Shown piece by piece: positions 59,551 to 63,300 of a DNA stretch of 63,300 nucleotides; position 1 is the stretch's first letter; each line of letters starts with the position of its first letter. Source of the DNA: Bacteroidales bacterium (GTDB lineage Bacteria; Bacteroidota; Bacteroidia; Bacteroidales; WRLA01); the NCBI GenBank assembly GCA_031254805.1, contig JAIRTP010000027.1, positions 1 through 63,300 on the forward strand. Direction: 5' to 3'. The translations under genes and the position numbers were made by a program. The notes beneath the pieces were generated by a model. It did no database searches and had not been told where the DNA came from. It saw only the letters and a list, made by a program, of their open reading frames with translations.

Positions 59551-60813
59551 ATGAGAGAACAAAAAGGACTTTTCGGAAAAGTAGATTGGCTATTAGTTAT
59601 TACCTATCTCGCCTTGGTTGTTATTGGTTGGATTAATATTTATGCGGCGGTATACGACGAGACGCATCATTCCATAATGGATACAAGTTGTAATTATGGC
59701 AAACAGATGATTTTCATTATTGCATCTATTGTTATTGCGATTATCATTTTGCTGTTAGACGCTAAAATATTTTTCTCTTTTGCTTGGTTTTTTTATATAG
59801 GAGCGATGTTGGTGTTGATTGGCGTGGCTCTTTTCGGTTCAGAAGTAGCCGGAGCGAAAGCATGGTTTAAAATAGGTAATTTTTCCATTCAACCTGCCGA
59901 ATTTGCAAAAGCGGCGACGGCATTGGCATTGGCGAAATATCTTTCTCATAACCCTTTGGATCCGCGCATAATTAAACCGCAATTTCTCGCTGCAACCATT
60001 ATTTTATTACCTGTATTGTTGATTATTTTGCAAAATGATACCGGAACGGCTCTTGTCTTTTTTGCTCTTTTTGTAGCGATGTATCGAGAAGGAATGAGCG
60101 GCTGGGTCATTATTATTCCCGTTTTGATCGCGTTGTTATGCGTTTTGACACTTTTATTAGGAGAGTGGTGGATTATTGCCGGCGTAGCGTTGACTCTTTT
60201 TGCAATATGGTATTTTCTTCTAAAATATAAAATGAAAAAACTGAAATATGTATTAGCTATTTTCGGATGTTGCGTTTTTATTATTTTGGGATTTGATACC
60301 GCATTTGATTATGTTTTGAGCGATTATCAGAAAAACCGGATCTACGTTACGTTAGGAATGGAGAAAGATCAGTTGAATGTGGGATATAACGTGCATCAAT
60401 CATTAATTGCAATCGGTTCGGGAGGCATGAAAGGAAAAGGATTTTTGGAAGGGACGCAGACGAAATTTGATTTTGTTCCCGAACAAAGTACTGATTTTAT
60501 CTTCTGTACGGTAGGAGAAGAGTGGGGCTTTATAGGAAGTTCGATTGTTATTTTATTATTTGTATTTCTAATTTTTAGAATATTGCGAAACGCCGAACGA
60601 CAGCGATCTGTTTTTTCTCGAATTTATGGATGTTGCGTGGCGTTGATTTTTGCTTTTCATGTTGTGGTTAATATCGGAATGGTCTTGGGATTATTGCCCG
60701 TTATTGGGATTCCTTTGCCGTTTCTCAGTTACGGCGGTTCTTCATTATTGGGATTCACCATCTTGCTGTTTATTTTTATAAAGCAGGATGCTAATCGTTT
60801 GAGTTTGTTATAA
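59551..60813 (+). CDS. rodA: Rod shape-determining protein RodA (SEDS)
   Basis: About 420 aa, 10 TM helices, PEQSTDFIF and LPFLSYGGSS motifs. Directly follows mrdA. Confidence 0.93.
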   Translation: MREQKGLFGKVDWLLVITYLALVVIGWINIYAAVYDETHHSIMDTSCNYGKQMIFIIASIVIAIIILLLDAKIFFSFAWFFYIGAMLVLIGVALFGSEVAGAKAWFKIGNFSIQPAEFAKAATALALAKYLSHNPLDPRIIKPQFLAATIILLPVLLIILQNDTGTALVFFALFVAMYREGMSGWVIIIPVLIALLCVLTLLLGEWWIIAGVALTLFAIWYFLLKYKMKKLKYVLAIFGCCVFIILGFDTAFDYVLSDYQKNRIYVTLGMEKDQLNVGYNVHQSLIAIGSGGMKGKGFLEGTQTKFDFVPEQSTDFIFCTVGEEWGFIGSSIVILLFVFLIFRILRNAERQRSVFSRIYGCCVALIFAFHVVVNIGMVLGLLPVIGIPLPFLSYGGSSLLGFTILLFIFIKQDANRLSLL

Positions 60814-60823
60814 AAATCTTTGT

Positions 60824-62476
60824 ATGGAGAATTTGCAAGATCCGTTTCATTATTGCGCCGGCTATTTCCAATATTCAAGATTTCAAACTAAAGAGGTTTT
60901 TATTGGAGAAATCCCATTAGGAGGAAGAAATCCTATACGTATACAATCCATGACCAATACCAATACGTTGGATGCGTCGGCTACGATCGCGCAATCGATC
61001 AAAATGATTGAAGCCGGATGCGAATATGTCCGCATTACGGCTCAAAGTATTAAAGAAGCGGAGCATTTAGGCGTTATCAAAAAAGGGTTGAGAGCGGCAG
61101 GATTCAATACGCCAATTATTGCCGACGTTCATTTTAATGCGCAGATTGCTTTGACGGCCGCTCGAATTGCCGATAAAGTACGCATTAATCCGGGAAATTA
61201 TTCCGAACGAAATACGGGAAAGATATATTTTAACGAACAAGAATATGAAAACGGGCTTGAAAAGATCCGCGCTAATATAAAACCGCTTTTGGATGTTTGT
61301 AAGACGTATGGAACGGCTTTGCGCATTGGCAGCAATCAAGGTTCTTTGTCGGAGCGAATTATGAGCCGTTATGGCGATACGCCTGAAGGAATGGCGGAAG
61401 CGGCTCTGGAATTTGTGCGTATTTGCGATGGTTACGGATTTCATAATCTTGTGCTCTCCATGAAATCGAGCAATACCCGAAATATGGTTTTTGCCACTCG
61501 TTTATTAATTCATAAAATGATGGCGGAAGGATATAATTATCCGTTACATTTAGGGGTAACGGAAGCCGGTTCGGGAGAAGACGGCAGAATAAAATCTGCT
61601 GTTGGAATAGGCGCATTACTGACGGATGGGATAGGGGATACTATTCGCGTTTCATTAACAGAATCTCCTGAAAAAGAGTTAATTCCTGCAAAAAAATTAG
61701 TAGAGCGGTTTAATAAAATTAAAGAAAAATCGCCGATTCGTCCGATTGATTCGTCTAAAAATCCGTTTTTATACGGTCGTTTGGAGAGCGATAGTTATGA
61801 AAAAATGGGGAACGAACAAATCCCTGTCGTAATTTCCAACCGTGAAAATATGAGAGCGGATTATATAGCGGAAAAAGAGCTTTTCTCACATGTCGAAGTT
61901 GTTTCCGGAGATGAAAAAAAGCTTATTCACTTCGAACGAAATATTCTCGAAGCATTATTAATTCAAGGAAATAGAAGGCCTAAAATATTCCGGCGCGTTT
62001 ATTCCGGCGTTGATAAAGAGGCAATCCAATTGAAAGCGGCAACCGATTTTGGCGCATTATTAATTGACGGGCTCTGCGACGGCATGTTTTTAGAGACTCC
62101 CGACATCAATGATCATCCTGATTTTCCCGTAGATTTAAGTTTTTCCATCTTACAAGCTGCTCGTTCTCGTTTTTCAAAAGCAGAAATTATCTCTTGCCCT
62201 TCTTGCGGACGGACGCAATATGATATTGTCTCAACCGTCGAACGCGTGAGAACGAAAGTAGCGCATCTGACGGGAATAACTATTGCGGTGATGGGATGTA
62301 TTGTGAACGGTCCCGGAGAAATGGCGGGAGCGGATTATGGGTATATAGGATCGGGGAAAGGAACAGCGACGCTATTTAAAGGAAAAATGGCCATAAAAAA
62401 ACATATTCCGCAAGAAGAAGCTGTGGAAGCTTTGGTAGAATTGATCAAGGAAAATGGCGATTGGAAGGAAAAATAA
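60824..62476 (+). CDS. ispG: 4-hydroxy-3-methylbut-2-en-1-yl diphosphate synthase (long form with insert domain)
   Basis: 550 aa. TIM-barrel N-terminal region (PIRIQSMTNT), C-terminal 4Fe-4S Cys motif (CPSCGRT ... GCIVNGPGE). Confidence 0.93.
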   Translation: MENLQDPFHYCAGYFQYSRFQTKEVFIGEIPLGGRNPIRIQSMTNTNTLDASATIAQSIKMIEAGCEYVRITAQSIKEAEHLGVIKKGLRAAGFNTPIIADVHFNAQIALTAARIADKVRINPGNYSERNTGKIYFNEQEYENGLEKIRANIKPLLDVCKTYGTALRIGSNQGSLSERIMSRYGDTPEGMAEAALEFVRICDGYGFHNLVLSMKSSNTRNMVFATRLLIHKMMAEGYNYPLHLGVTEAGSGEDGRIKSAVGIGALLTDGIGDTIRVSLTESPEKELIPAKKLVERFNKIKEKSPIRPIDSSKNPFLYGRLESDSYEKMGNEQIPVVISNRENMRADYIAEKELFSHVEVVSGDEKKLIHFERNILEALLIQGNRRPKIFRRVYSGVDKEAIQLKAATDFGALLIDGLCDGMFLETPDINDHPDFPVDLSFSILQAARSRFSKAEIISCPSCGRTQYDIVSTVERVRTKVAHLTGITIAVMGCIVNGPGEMAGADYGYIGSGKGTATLFKGKMAIKKHIPQEEAVEALVELIKENGDWKEK

Positions 62477-62482
62477 TCCTCG

Positions 62483-62971
62483 CTAAAAATCCCACTCTGT
62501 TTCAATTACTTTTAAACGTATCTTTTGCAGGCTCAAATTGTCATAATCCTTTTGGATACGTTTGGATAATGCAGTTTTATATTTCGCCAAACGAACAATT
62601 AGTATCAATACGACTATTCCGGTTAATAGGCTTGCGCCAATCCAGTCAAAGGGCGCGCCGTTATGATATCCGCGCAAAGCGACTGTAAGTATAAATAGCA
62701 GGTAAAACCCTATAATATAATAAAGATAGAAATTTAACTTTCTCCTGTTCCGTTTGACAATGGATTTTGGGTCGTCGTATTGAGCAATAATCTGTTCAAT
62801 CTCAGTAATGATTTTCTGTTTTTCTTCTTGAAGGATATTTTCGTCAAATCCTCTTTCGCGAAGTATTTTTCCTGCAGCAATTCTTTTTGGAAAGTCCAAT
62901 GTTTCTCCGGATTTAAAGTATTCAAAAAGTTCTCCATCTGTTTGGGTAGCCAAAAATTCTCTTACTTCCAT
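62483..62971 (-). CDS. Membrane protein, unknown function
   Basis: 162 aa. Soluble N-terminal half, two TM helices, basic C-terminus. Confidence 0.5.
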   Translation of the reverse strand: MEVREFLATQTDGELFEYFKSGETLDFPKRIAAGKILRERGFDENILQEEKQKIITEIEQIIAQYDDPKSIVKRNRRKLNFYLYYIIGFYLLFILTVALRGYHNGAPFDWIGASLLTGIVVLILIVRLAKYKTALSKRIQKDYDNLSLQKIRLKVIETEWDF

Positions 62972-63072
62972 AAATTGATGCGCTTAAATATTTCTACAAA
63001 TATAGCTACTTTTAATGAGTTATTCCATAACGATTAAAAGATTATATTTGCATACTTAAAAATTTATTCGAT

Positions 63073-63300
63073 ATGATTGGGAAAGTTCTTTTTATAATAG
63101 CCTCATTCTATTTGGTTGTTATAATCAATGGGTGTTGTAACGACGATCCGAAAGATTGTGAATGGATCGGATTTCAAGCAAGTATAATTGAAAATTCAGG
63201 AAAATCTCCTGTTTTATGGCAAAAAAACGAGATCAACAAAAAAGCGTTTGGTATTAGAATATCCGTTGTAGAATTATTTTCCGATATAACGCAGGCAAAA
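63073..63300 (+). CDS. Putative lipoprotein, 5' partial (runs off the window)
   Basis: Open for 76 codons to the window end. Signal peptide with VVIINGC lipobox-like site. TATATTTG box at about 63043. Confidence 0.5.
   Translation, partial: MIGKVLFIIASFYLVVIINGCCNDDPKDCEWIGFQASIIENSGKSPVLWQKNEINKKAFGIRISVVELFSDITQAK

Noticed and set aside
1-63300. Defence systems, toxin-antitoxin pairs, prophage, conjugative or secretion-system gene sets
   Set aside because: The lone XRE HTH gene has no partner ORF. There are no nucleases, methylases, reverse transcriptases, STAND/AAA defence ATPases, integrases or phage structural genes among the translated ORFs.

Overview
63.3-kb chromosomal segment from an AT-rich Bacteroidota genome that looks Bacteroidales-like. 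The assignment rests on TAnnTTTG -7 promoter boxes, absent Shine-Dalgarno sites, the MoxR-DUF58-BatABCDE operon and bamD-rpoZ-coaBC-DUF4835-recN synteny. There are about 60 protein genes, mostly core housekeeping: ileS, rny, uvrA, uvrC, recN, coaBC, ispG, mrdA/rodA, bamD, tatA, thiL, pfk and corA. Also present are tryptophanase, DPP-IV, an orphan hydF and a LytS/LytTR two-component system. There are two RNA genes: RNase P RNA (clear) and a roughly 200-nt 6S-like candidate between zapA and rny. I saw no rRNA, tRNA, CRISPR array, intact mobile element, prophage or recognisable defence system. I cannot point to a convincing new multi-gene system, and the observations below are leads, not discoveries. 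(1) A microhomology-mediated tandem duplication runs from the rny 3' end to dpp4. Its redundant copy has been hollowed out and now holds an XRE-type HTH gene and a truncated OMP gene, leaving a chimeric dpp4/rny pseudogene. (2) The LytS/LytTR pair sits next to two transcription units that are each preceded by TTCGGTA direct repeats phased at 21-22 bp. (3) A 0.85-kb ORF-free tract lies between a PUR-like gene and a thioredoxin pair, and it shares a roughly 130-nt repeat with the araC/uvrC spacer. (4) tnaA has a leader with a 26-codon uORF whose stop codon sits in the loop of a terminator-like hairpin. All family assignments come from reading the translated ORFs by eye, with no database search run.
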